A stretch of 64,000 nucleotides of DNA from a virus: IMG/VR virus record IMGVR_UViG_3300030099_005086, positions 46,740-110,739 of that record; one strand, 5' to 3'. The notes beneath the pieces are model-generated. The model was given only the letters and a program-made list of their open reading frames with translations, was not told where the DNA came from and did no database searches. The translations under genes were made by a program, and so were the position numbers. Below are positions 56,531-64,000 of this stretch, piece by piece. Position 1 is the first letter of the stretch. Each line of letters opens with the position of its first letter.

Positions 56531-57474
56531 CAAAAGCATGGGATGGACAATATAAAGCATTTAATGAAGCTCTTAAATATATGCTTGATAGACAATCTGG
56601 TAAAGAAAAGTCTATATATACACCGTGGGCAAAATTTAATGATGCAGTTACGGATGGATTAGAATGGAATACTCTTACTGTTATTGGTGGTAGACCTGGT
56701 TCAGGTAAAACACTTATTAAAGATCAGATAATAAGAGAATCATTTGTTTTAAATCCACATGATAAGTTTAGAGTATTAGAATTTCAATTTGAAATGGTTG
56801 GTAGAACATCAGCTATCAGAGAGTTTAGTTCTATTACAGGTAAAACTTATAAGGAACTATGTAGTGCAGGTAGTAAACTATCTAGTGAAGTATTTAATAA
56901 ATGTCATTTGTATGCAAAAGATAGAGTTAAGTATCCAGTAGATATTGTATCTACACCTATGACAGTTAATCAAATGCGTGAGCAAGTTGATGCTTATATG
57001 ACTGAGCATAAAGGTGAGAAGACTATTATTACTCTTGATCACACAATACTAGTAAAACGTGCACCTTATCAGAACAATAGATTAGATATGTTGTTTGAGT
57101 TAGGTGAATTTTTTACACAAGTAAAACGTGAGTATCCTTGTTTATTTATAGCATTGTCTCAACTTAACAGGAATATAGATAATCCTGATAGAGCAATAGA
57201 TGGTAAGTATGGTAACTATGTACTTGAATCAGATATATTTGGTTCAGATGCAATGTTACAACATGCTGATACACTGATTGGTATTAACAGACCAGCCAAA
57301 CAGAAGATAAGATTGTATGGTCCAGATAGATATGTAATCAAAGATGATAGAACATTAGTATTACATTTTCTAAAAGCTAGAAACGGTGATGCACGTATGA
57401 GTTTCTTTGAAGCACATTTTGAAAAAATGGAAATAAAAGAAATGAATACACCACCTCAACAACCTAAGAGATGA
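56527..57474 (+). CDS. dnaB: DnaB-like replicative helicase (ATPase domain only)
   Basis: Motifs GGRPGSGKT, FQFEM, ITLDH, LSQLNR, SDIFGSDAMLQHAD and KARNG. Confidence 0.9.
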   Translation: MTKAWDGQYKAFNEALKYMLDRQSGKEKSIYTPWAKFNDAVTDGLEWNTLTVIGGRPGSGKTLIKDQIIRESFVLNPHDKFRVLEFQFEMVGRTSAIREFSSITGKTYKELCSAGSKLSSEVFNKCHLYAKDRVKYPVDIVSTPMTVNQMREQVDAYMTEHKGEKTIITLDHTILVKRAPYQNNRLDMLFELGEFFTQVKREYPCLFIALSQLNRNIDNPDRAIDGKYGNYVLESDIFGSDAMLQHADTLIGINRPAKQKIRLYGPDRYVIKDDRTLVLHFLKARNGDARMSFFEAHFEKMEIKEMNTPPQQPKR

Positions 57475-57998
57475 TTAGCACAAGTAAAAGAAAAAAAGGT
57501 TTAAGTCCTGAAGAACGCAAGAGTGTTGTTGCAGAACTTAGAAAAGAGCATGAAGACTATTTTAAAAGTATAGATAGTCCTAATGCATTATACATTCCTA
57601 AGATGGCATATAGACCATCTGGTAAAGATGAACTTCATATTGGTTTCTTTCCAAGTGAGATGAATAAAAATGCAGATATTTATACAGAGTTTGTAAGTAT
57701 TGATTATGTAAGTGAAGATCCTAAAAGAACTTTATACTTACTTAAATTTAATCCACATTGGGAAGAGGAGTATGAGCTTATAACAAGTAATGCTGGTTTT
57801 GAAAGACATATCATACCTGTTAGTGAACTAAAAGTTATTAATGATATTAACTCTAGAAATAATATTGAAGAAAAAATTCAAGAGTTATCTAATTATGAAC
57901 TACCTAGTCCTGAAGATAGAGACTTGATAGATGTTCTTAAAGGTATTGAGAAAGCATTAACTGGTATATATACAGTATTAAATAATAGAATCAAATAA
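57471..57998 (+). CDS. Hypothetical replication-region protein
   Basis: ATGA-coupled to DnaB. Confidence 0.65.
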   Translation: MISTSKRKKGLSPEERKSVVAELRKEHEDYFKSIDSPNALYIPKMAYRPSGKDELHIGFFPSEMNKNADIYTEFVSIDYVSEDPKRTLYLLKFNPHWEEEYELITSNAGFERHIIPVSELKVINDINSRNNIEEKIQELSNYELPSPEDRDLIDVLKGIEKALTGIYTVLNNRIK

Positions 57999-58000
57999 CT

Positions 58001-58678
58001 ATGGCACAATCAGTATTAATTATTGCAGACTCAGGTACAGGTAAATCAACTAGTATGAGAAACCTAGACCCAAAAGAAACTTTTATAATAAATATAGCAA
58101 ACAAACCATTACCTTTCAAAGGATGGAAAAAAAACTATACTAATATTAGTAAAGATAATCCTAAAGGTAATATGACTTCAGCTTCTTCAGCTGCTGGTAT
58201 TATAAAAGCAATACAACATGTTAATGATAAGATGCCACACGTCACTAATTTAATTATTGATGATTGGCAGTATATGTCTAGCTTTGAGTATTTTGATAGA
58301 GCATCAGAAAAAGGTTATGATAAATTTACTCAGATTGCAGCAAGTTTAGCACAAGTTGCTAAGATGCCTAAAGATTTAAGAGATGATTTATATGTATTTT
58401 TCTTGACTCACTCAGAAGAAACAACAGATGTAAATGGACACAGGAAAGTTAAAGCTAAAACTATTGGGAAAATGATAGATAATACTTTAACTTTGGAGGG
58501 TCTTTTCTCTATAGTATTATTTGGTAGAGTTAAAAAGACTGAAGACAGTTTAGAATATGGATTTGATACAGTTAACAATGGTGAAAACACATGTAAATCA
58601 CCAATGGATATGTTTAAAGAATCCTTTATACCCAATGATTTACAATTTGTAAAAGATTGTATTAAAGATTATGAATAA
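58001..58678 (+). CDS. AAA_24/Sak4-like P-loop ATPase (single-strand annealing)
   Basis: Motifs ADSGTGKSTS, KPLPF, IIDDWQY, LTH and KTIGKMID...EGLFSIV, CKSP. Confidence 0.85.
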   Translation: MAQSVLIIADSGTGKSTSMRNLDPKETFIINIANKPLPFKGWKKNYTNISKDNPKGNMTSASSAAGIIKAIQHVNDKMPHVTNLIIDDWQYMSSFEYFDRASEKGYDKFTQIAASLAQVAKMPKDLRDDLYVFFLTHSEETTDVNGHRKVKAKTIGKMIDNTLTLEGLFSIVLFGRVKKTEDSLEYGFDTVNNGENTCKSPMDMFKESFIPNDLQFVKDCIKDYE

Positions 58679-58703
58679 TTTTATTAATTAAAAAGAAGAA
58701 AGT

Positions 58704-59387
58704 ATGTTAAGTACGAAAGACATGACAGTTGGTGGTGGTAAAGCAAGACCAATTTTAGGACCAGGTAATAATACAGTAAAGATTAATAATATTAGTCTAG
58801 ATCAAACACCATATGATAAGGAAGCATTTAATATTACATTGAATGTAGAAACAGAACCAGTTGGTGGAGACTTTGAAGGTTTCTATAAAGACATGCAAGA
58901 TCAGTCTAAAGGTAGATATGAAGGTCAAGTAGGACGTGTAAGATATTCTCAATATCCTTACAAAGATACTACACTTGCAAGTGGTAGAGAAATCAGCAGA
59001 GATCAAGAGATCTTAAAAGCAATGATATTTCTAGGTGAAGTATTAAACAAAAGAGAGGAGTTAGATGCTATTGAAGCAGCAACTATTGAAGACTTTATGG
59101 TAAAATGTAATAATCTATTTACTAATAATGGTTCAGGTTCAGACTTTGTTAATGTTTGTCTAGCAAGTAGAGAGTGGGAAAACAAAGAAGGTTATATTAA
59201 CAATGATTTGTATTTACCTAAGCTTTCTAAAGATGGAGTACCTGTTGAGGCAAAGGATGTAGAAAATAGTAGAGTTATCAAGTTTGATAGAGATACTCAT
59301 GTACGTCCTGTACAAAAGAAAACTGATACATCAGTAAATTCTTTTGAGCCAACAAAGGCTACAGCAAGCTCTGACTTTGAGCTATAA
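58704..59387 (+). CDS. Putative single-stranded DNA-binding protein
   Basis: Follows the Sak4-like gene; beta-rich; ends SSDFEL; followed by a terminator. Confidence 0.55.
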   Translation: MLSTKDMTVGGGKARPILGPGNNTVKINNISLDQTPYDKEAFNITLNVETEPVGGDFEGFYKDMQDQSKGRYEGQVGRVRYSQYPYKDTTLASGREISRDQEILKAMIFLGEVLNKREELDAIEAATIEDFMVKCNNLFTNNGSGSDFVNVCLASREWENKEGYINNDLYLPKLSKDGVPVEAKDVENSRVIKFDRDTHVRPVQKKTDTSVNSFEPTKATASSDFEL

Positions 59388-59409
59388 TTAAATTTTTGTA
59401 TTTTTAAAG

Positions 59410-59437
59410 AGAGCAGGTAATTGTGCCTGCTCTTTTT
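59410..59437 (+). terminator. Intrinsic terminator
   Basis: AGAGCAGGTA-ATTG-TGCCTGCTCT followed by TTTT. Confidence 0.8.
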
Positions 59438-59450
59438 AATCTCTATTCAA

Positions 59451-60428
59451 ATGCTTTCAACAAAGAATTTTGCAAAAGAAAAAAATGATATAGACTCCAG
59501 ATGGGTGTTTGAATATTATTTAAGTTTACCTGAAAGATTATCAGGTCAAGATCTTAAAATAAAATCTGTATTTAATCCTACAGAAAGAACACCAAGTATG
59601 TTTATATATTTTGATTCTCTAACGAATCAATATAAATACAAAGACTTTTCTACAGGAAACCAAGGTAGTGGTGTTGACTTAGTAAAAGATATGAATGGTA
59701 TAGATTACAAGCAAGCACTATTTATGGTAATAGAAGATTATAATTCTTTTGTTTTAAAGAATGGTAGTATTAAACCTATTGACATAAAACCTGTTGCAAA
59801 ATATAAAGTTGATTTTGCAAAGAGAAGAGGATGGTTAAAAGAAGATGCTGATTATTGGTTACCTTATAACATTGGTACATCTTTACTTGATGAGTATAAT
59901 GTTCGTCCATTAGAATATTATACTATGATTAGAGAATCTATTGGTGAGATAACTGATAAAATAACTATAAATAAAAAAAGAACTTATGGTTATTATACTA
60001 AGCATAATGAACTAAATAAAATATATCATCCAGAACAAGATAAATATAAGTTCATAAAAATTGGTAGTAATATACAAGGTTTAGACCAATTAAAATATAA
60101 TAAACCTACATTAGTTATTTGTTCATCATTAAAAGATGTAATGTGTCTAAGAAGTTTTAACTTTAATATAGAAGCAATTGCACCTGATAGTGAGAACACT
60201 ATAATAAAACCACATATAATACAGCTACTTAAATCTAAGTACAAATCTATTATAACTTTATTTGATAATGATAAAGCAGGACATGCTGCTATAGAAAAAT
60301 ATTTATCTTTGTATGGAATACAGGGTACATATTTAGATATAGAAAAAGATTTATCAGATGCAGTTAAGATACACTCTGTAGATAAAGTGTTTGATAGATT
60401 AGTAAATAGATTAAGAGAAGTATTATGA
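59451..60428 (+). CDS. DnaG-like Toprim primase (start moved from TTG 59421 to ATG 59451)
   Basis: Motifs ERTPSM, YKDFSTG..G, VICSSLKDVM, LFDNDKAG and KDLSD. The longer start lies inside the terminator hairpin. Confidence 0.85.
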   Translation: MLSTKNFAKEKNDIDSRWVFEYYLSLPERLSGQDLKIKSVFNPTERTPSMFIYFDSLTNQYKYKDFSTGNQGSGVDLVKDMNGIDYKQALFMVIEDYNSFVLKNGSIKPIDIKPVAKYKVDFAKRRGWLKEDADYWLPYNIGTSLLDEYNVRPLEYYTMIRESIGEITDKITINKKRTYGYYTKHNELNKIYHPEQDKYKFIKIGSNIQGLDQLKYNKPTLVICSSLKDVMCLRSFNFNIEAIAPDSENTIIKPHIIQLLKSKYKSIITLFDNDKAGHAAIEKYLSLYGIQGTYLDIEKDLSDAVKIHSVDKVFDRLVNRLREVL

Positions 60429-60832
60429 AGTGGTTTATCCCAGGAAATGTTCCAAGTTCAAAAAATAGTAGAAGATGGACAGGTAAATATTTTATAGCTA
60501 GTAAAGCTACAATGAAATATAGATCTGATACAGAGACTTACTACAAGAAATTTGCATCTAGTTTTGTAAAAGAGTTTGATAAATATCAAGCTCCTGTGTA
60601 TATATCTTTTAAATTTATTAGAGGTACACGGCATAAGTTTGATTATGTAAATCCTTTACAAACTGTTCAAGATGAAATGACTAAACATGGTTGGATAGAA
60701 GATGATAACGCATCTTTTATTATACCAGTATTAGAACAATATGAATATGATAAACAAAATCCTGGGGTAATTATTGAGATATTAAATGAATATATATTTA
60801 AGAATAACCTATGTATAAAACAGAAAAACTAA
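60425..60832 (+). CDS. RusA-like Holliday junction resolvase
   Basis: Motifs IPGNVPSSKN, FDYVN...TVQD, GWIEDDN and DKQNPGV.I. Confidence 0.75.
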   Translation: MKWFIPGNVPSSKNSRRWTGKYFIASKATMKYRSDTETYYKKFASSFVKEFDKYQAPVYISFKFIRGTRHKFDYVNPLQTVQDEMTKHGWIEDDNASFIIPVLEQYEYDKQNPGVIIEILNEYIFKNNLCIKQKN

Positions 60833-61182
60833 TACAACTATTATCTATACTAAAAGATAATAATGTACAAAAAATTTATGTACACTATGATGGTGGTGGT
60901 GATGACGGTATGATACACGATGTTGAGTTTAAAGATCATGATAATAACAATAGAGATATAATCTTTAAAGAAAATGAAGAGAACCTTGCATTTAATAAAT
61001 TAACAGATAATTTAGAAGAATATTTATATTCAAAAATATCTAATACTGTTGATTGGGATTGGGTTAACAATGAAGGTGGCTATGGTTATCTTAGTTTAGA
61101 TATTAATGATCTTAAAATAAATATAGCTCATACACAACGTGTATGTGAAGATTATGACTATCATAGTTCTATGAATATATAA
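60811..61182 (+). CDS. Conserved hypothetical protein (DUF6878-like)
   Basis: V.YDGGGDDG.I and W.NNEGGYG motifs. Confidence 0.65.
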   Translation: MYKTEKLIQLLSILKDNNVQKIYVHYDGGGDDGMIHDVEFKDHDNNNRDIIFKENEENLAFNKLTDNLEEYLYSKISNTVDWDWVNNEGGYGYLSLDINDLKINIAHTQRVCEDYDYHSSMNI

Positions 61183-61529
61183 TGGCACATCCATTGCTTC
61201 ATGCAAAATCCTCTGTTAAAAAATGGGGAGGTAAACCTGAAGATTATATTCACATACATGATTGGTTTGATGCAACTAAATCATGGTTAGGTAATTCTTT
61301 TCACAGAATGTTTAGACATCACAGTGAAGGAATATTTGAATGTGAAGAAAGGTTTGGTAAAAGTTTTCAAAACTCAGACGGTAAAACAGTATATACAAGA
61401 TATGTTGGAGAACAACATGTTAAAGAAGATTGTAATAATTATATTCCTACAGCAAAAGAATGGCTTGTTGCTGAAAAAGAAAAAGTTAAACCAATCTGGA
61501 TGTTAAAAACCTTAAAAATAGAAGACTAA
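61182..61529 (+). CDS. Conserved His-rich hypothetical protein (DUF6915-like)
   Basis: MAHP..HA.SS.KKWGG..EDY..IH.WFD.TK......HR..RHH.EG...GEQHV.ED. Confidence 0.75.
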   Translation: MAHPLLHAKSSVKKWGGKPEDYIHIHDWFDATKSWLGNSFHRMFRHHSEGIFECEERFGKSFQNSDGKTVYTRYVGEQHVKEDCNNYIPTAKEWLVAEKEKVKPIWMLKTLKIED

Positions 61530-61925
61530 ATGTCAAAAGTAAAATTAAATTCAGAGACATTTTATAATGTAATTACTTTATTAGCTTCAAATGAAGAGGA
61601 TAGAGAACTAGGTTATGAAACTGTAAGAAATATGAACATAAGTGCTTTACATTATTTTTTAATAGTAAAACACTTATCAGGTTCTGATAGAAGTTTATTT
61701 CTAGATAATGTTAAAAGTCCACATTTAAATAATACTACAATAGATGATGAGAGCTTAACATGGCCTAACTTACTAGATAGTATTAAAAAGTTTAATCTAC
61801 CTTTAAAAAATTGGGAGAAAAAAGTTATAGAAGACTCAGTCAAAGAACATTTATTTGGTTATATAAAAGTAGGAAGTTGGAAAACTGTAGTAAAAGATAT
61901 TGATTTACAAATAAAATGGACGTAA
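61530..61925 (+). CDS. Hypothetical protein
   Basis: Coupled ORF. Confidence 0.6.
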   Translation: MSKVKLNSETFYNVITLLASNEEDRELGYETVRNMNISALHYFLIVKHLSGSDRSLFLDNVKSPHLNNTTIDDESLTWPNLLDSIKKFNLPLKNWEKKVIEDSVKEHLFGYIKVGSWKTVVKDIDLQIKWT

Positions 61926-63073
61926 AAGAAAAAGTATCAAGAAGTATAAAAACATTAATTCTCAAGGAGCCTTTTTATGGGCTCTTTGTTGTTGGACTTA
62001 ATAAGTCTTATATAAAAACTATACCTACAGCAGGTGTATCTAAACATGGTATAGGTGTAAAGCTTAGTATTAATCCAGATTTCTTTGATAGCTTAAATGA
62101 TAAGCATCAAATAGGTTTGATTAAACATGAAGTATTACACATATCATTTGGACATCTTGTCTTAAGAGATAAGTATCCTGATCATAAATTATTTAATATT
62201 GCTGCAGATATTGAGATCAATCAATATATAGCAGATGATTATCTACCAGAAGGTGGTTTAACATTAGAAACGTTTTCTGATTTAGATTTACCTAAGAAAG
62301 CAGGTACTGATACATATTATAAACTTCTACAAGAAGCAAAAGAAGAAGGTAGCTGTGATGCATTAAATAATGTACTTGATGAAATGAATGGTGATAGTCA
62401 ATATGACCACCAAACATGGGATGAATTTGATGATTTAACAGAAGCTGATAAGAAGCTTGTTCAAAAACAAATAGAACATCAATTAAAAGAAACTGCAGAG
62501 ACAACTGAGAAAAGACGTGGTACTATACCAGGTGAACTTGCAGGATTAATTGAAAGACTTACAAATATTGAACCACCAAAATTTAATTGGAAAGCTTTCT
62601 TAAGAAGATTTGTTGGTAACTCTACAATTAGTTATACTAAAAAACTTAGACGTAAGTATAATAAGAGATACAATGCAAATCCAGGTCTTAAAATTAAATT
62701 TAAAAATCATGTTTGTGTAGGTGTTGATACATCAGGATCAGTATCTAATGATGAACTAAAAGAGTTTATGAGTGAATTAGTGCATATGCATAAGACGGGT
62801 CACAAGATTACAGTTGTTCAATGTGATACTCAAATAAATTCTGTAGAAGAATTCAATCCAAGAAAAGATTGGGAAGTTAAAGGTAGAGGAGGCACAAGCT
62901 TCCAACCAGTTATAGATCATTATAATGAAAAGGGATATTATACATCTCTTATATATTTAACAGATGGTGAAGCTTATACTCCAGACAACTGTCCAAAGAA
63001 TACCTTATGGGTACATAGCAGTCGTTGTGATGTGAATGAAGAATTACCAGGATTAAAAATACAATTAAATTAA
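61916..63073 (+). CDS. Metallopeptidase-vWA protein (DUF2201-like), MoxR partner
   Basis: HEVLH zincin motif, NIAAD.EIN, MIDAS DTSGS, GRGGTSF.P and YLTDG. Confidence 0.9.
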   Translation: MDVKEKVSRSIKTLILKEPFYGLFVVGLNKSYIKTIPTAGVSKHGIGVKLSINPDFFDSLNDKHQIGLIKHEVLHISFGHLVLRDKYPDHKLFNIAADIEINQYIADDYLPEGGLTLETFSDLDLPKKAGTDTYYKLLQEAKEEGSCDALNNVLDEMNGDSQYDHQTWDEFDDLTEADKKLVQKQIEHQLKETAETTEKRRGTIPGELAGLIERLTNIEPPKFNWKAFLRRFVGNSTISYTKKLRRKYNKRYNANPGLKIKFKNHVCVGVDTSGSVSNDELKEFMSELVHMHKTGHKITVVQCDTQINSVEEFNPRKDWEVKGRGGTSFQPVIDHYNEKGYYTSLIYLTDGEAYTPDNCPKNTLWVHSSRCDVNEELPGLKIQLN

Positions 63074-63079
63074 TTAAAC

Positions 63080-64000
63080 ATGGCAGAAGTAAATTTAAAC
63101 ATTGATGAGTTAAAAGGTTTTGTTAACCACATTATCAATAACAATAGATATTTACAAGAGCAAGGAAAAAATCCAGTTGCTGTAGAAATAGTAGGTGAAT
63201 CAGGTATTGGTAAGACCTCAGCAGTTATAGAACTGGCTAAAGAAAATAATCTAAATTTTGTTAAGTTAAACTTAGCACAGATAGAAGAACTTGGTGACTT
63301 AGTTGGTTTCCCTGTACGTCAATTCCAGATGTATAAAGAAAAACAAGTATCAAAGAAGATTGATGATCTTCAATATACAACAGCACAAAAAGCTGCAGCA
63401 GCTGCACAAGTAGCAAATGCTACAATGACTAAGAAAGTTGGTCAGTGGGTAGATGAATTAGCAGTTGATGAATATCTTAAACAAGGTTGGAAAGTAACAG
63501 GTAAGAACAGAATGTCTTACTGTGCACCTGAGTGGATTGCAGATAAAAAAGATGGAGGTATACTTCTTCTTGATGACTGGAACCGTGCAGATGTTAGATT
63601 CATCCAAGCTGTGATGGAGTTGGTTGATAGACAAACTTATATCTCATGGTCATTACCAAAAGATTGGCACATTATGTTAACTGCTAATCCTGACAATGGT
63701 GACTATATGGTAAATAGTATTGACACAGCTCAAAAGACTAGATATATTACTGCAAACTTAAAGTTTGATGTAGATGTATGGGCAAGATGGGCAGAAGAAG
63801 CAGGTATTGATACAAGATGTATTAACTTCTTACTTCTTAATCCAGAATTAGTAACAAAAGAAACTAATTCAAGATCTATTACTACATTCTTTAATGCTAT
63901 CTCTAGCTTTGAAGACTTTGAGAAAAGTTTATCTATGATTCAAATGATTGGTGAAGGTAGTGTAGGTGATACATTTGCATCTATGTTTACTACATTCATT
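63080..64000 (+). CDS. MoxR-like AAA+ ATPase, partial (runs off the window end); missing from the ORF track
   Basis: ATG 63080: MAEVNLNIDELK...VGESGIGKTS (Walker A), LAQIEELGDLVGFP, ILLLDDWNRA (Walker B), LTANPD. Confidence 0.9.
   Translation, partial: MAEVNLNIDELKGFVNHIINNNRYLQEQGKNPVAVEIVGESGIGKTSAVIELAKENNLNFVKLNLAQIEELGDLVGFPVRQFQMYKEKQVSKKIDDLQYTTAQKAAAAAQVANATMTKKVGQWVDELAVDEYLKQGWKVTGKNRMSYCAPEWIADKKDGGILLLDDWNRADVRFIQAVMELVDRQTYISWSLPKDWHIMLTANPDNGDYMVNSIDTAQKTRYITANLKFDVDVWARWAEEAGIDTRCINFLLLNPELVTKETNSRSITTFFNAISSFEDFEKSLSMIQMIGEGSVGDTFASMFTTFI

Noticed and set aside
47451-62504. Short minus-strand ORFs within the plus arm (47451, 49773, 50211, 52337, 53438, 55560, 58408, 58797, 59003, 60026, 61652, 62292) and the out-of-frame plus ORF 61324-61506
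   Set aside because: Shadows of better-supported genes; 50211-50393 overlaps a structured intergenic element and a real gene start.
1-64000. Stop-codon reassignment (TAG or TGA), known in some Crassvirales
   Set aside because: Long genes are intact in the standard code, coding density is high, and both TAG and TGA act as real stops with tight gene junctions.

Overview
This window is a 64-kb piece of a low-GC, crAss-like (Crassvirales-type) podovirus genome. The host is most likely an aquatic Bacteroidota/Flavobacteriales cell: there are no Shine-Dalgarno motifs, and the window carries TAnnTTTG-like promoters, SprB-like repeats and PhoH. Two arms diverge at about 47.3 kb. The minus arm (1-47260) is the virion module: cargo/ejection proteins, muzzle, ring proteins, Cys-rich fibre proteins, major capsid protein, scaffold, portal, TerL, GroES, nuclease, lysin, PhoH and a 1522-aa polyvalent protein. 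The plus arm (47473-64000) holds small early genes, then replication/recombination genes (SF2 helicase, DnaA domain-IV protein, DnaB, Sak4-like ATPase, SSB-like proteins, primase, RusA-like resolvase), then a vWA-metallopeptidase/MoxR pair. The genetic code is standard. No tRNA, CRISPR array, intron or intein was recognised. The main observations are: (1) a near-canonical twister ribozyme at 49273-49322, between a small pseudoknot and an unannotated basic YNGQGR peptide gene; (2) four large cargo-type proteins in which a shared short motif separates enzyme-like modules (lytic transglycosylase, NlpC/P60, two zincins, an ART-like domain, an outer-membrane beta-barrel-like unit), suggesting a processed or targeted cargo polyprotein system; (3) further structured RNA and cis-element candidates, including a candidate origin and a candidate terminus. 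All family assignments come from motifs recognised by eye; no database searches were run.
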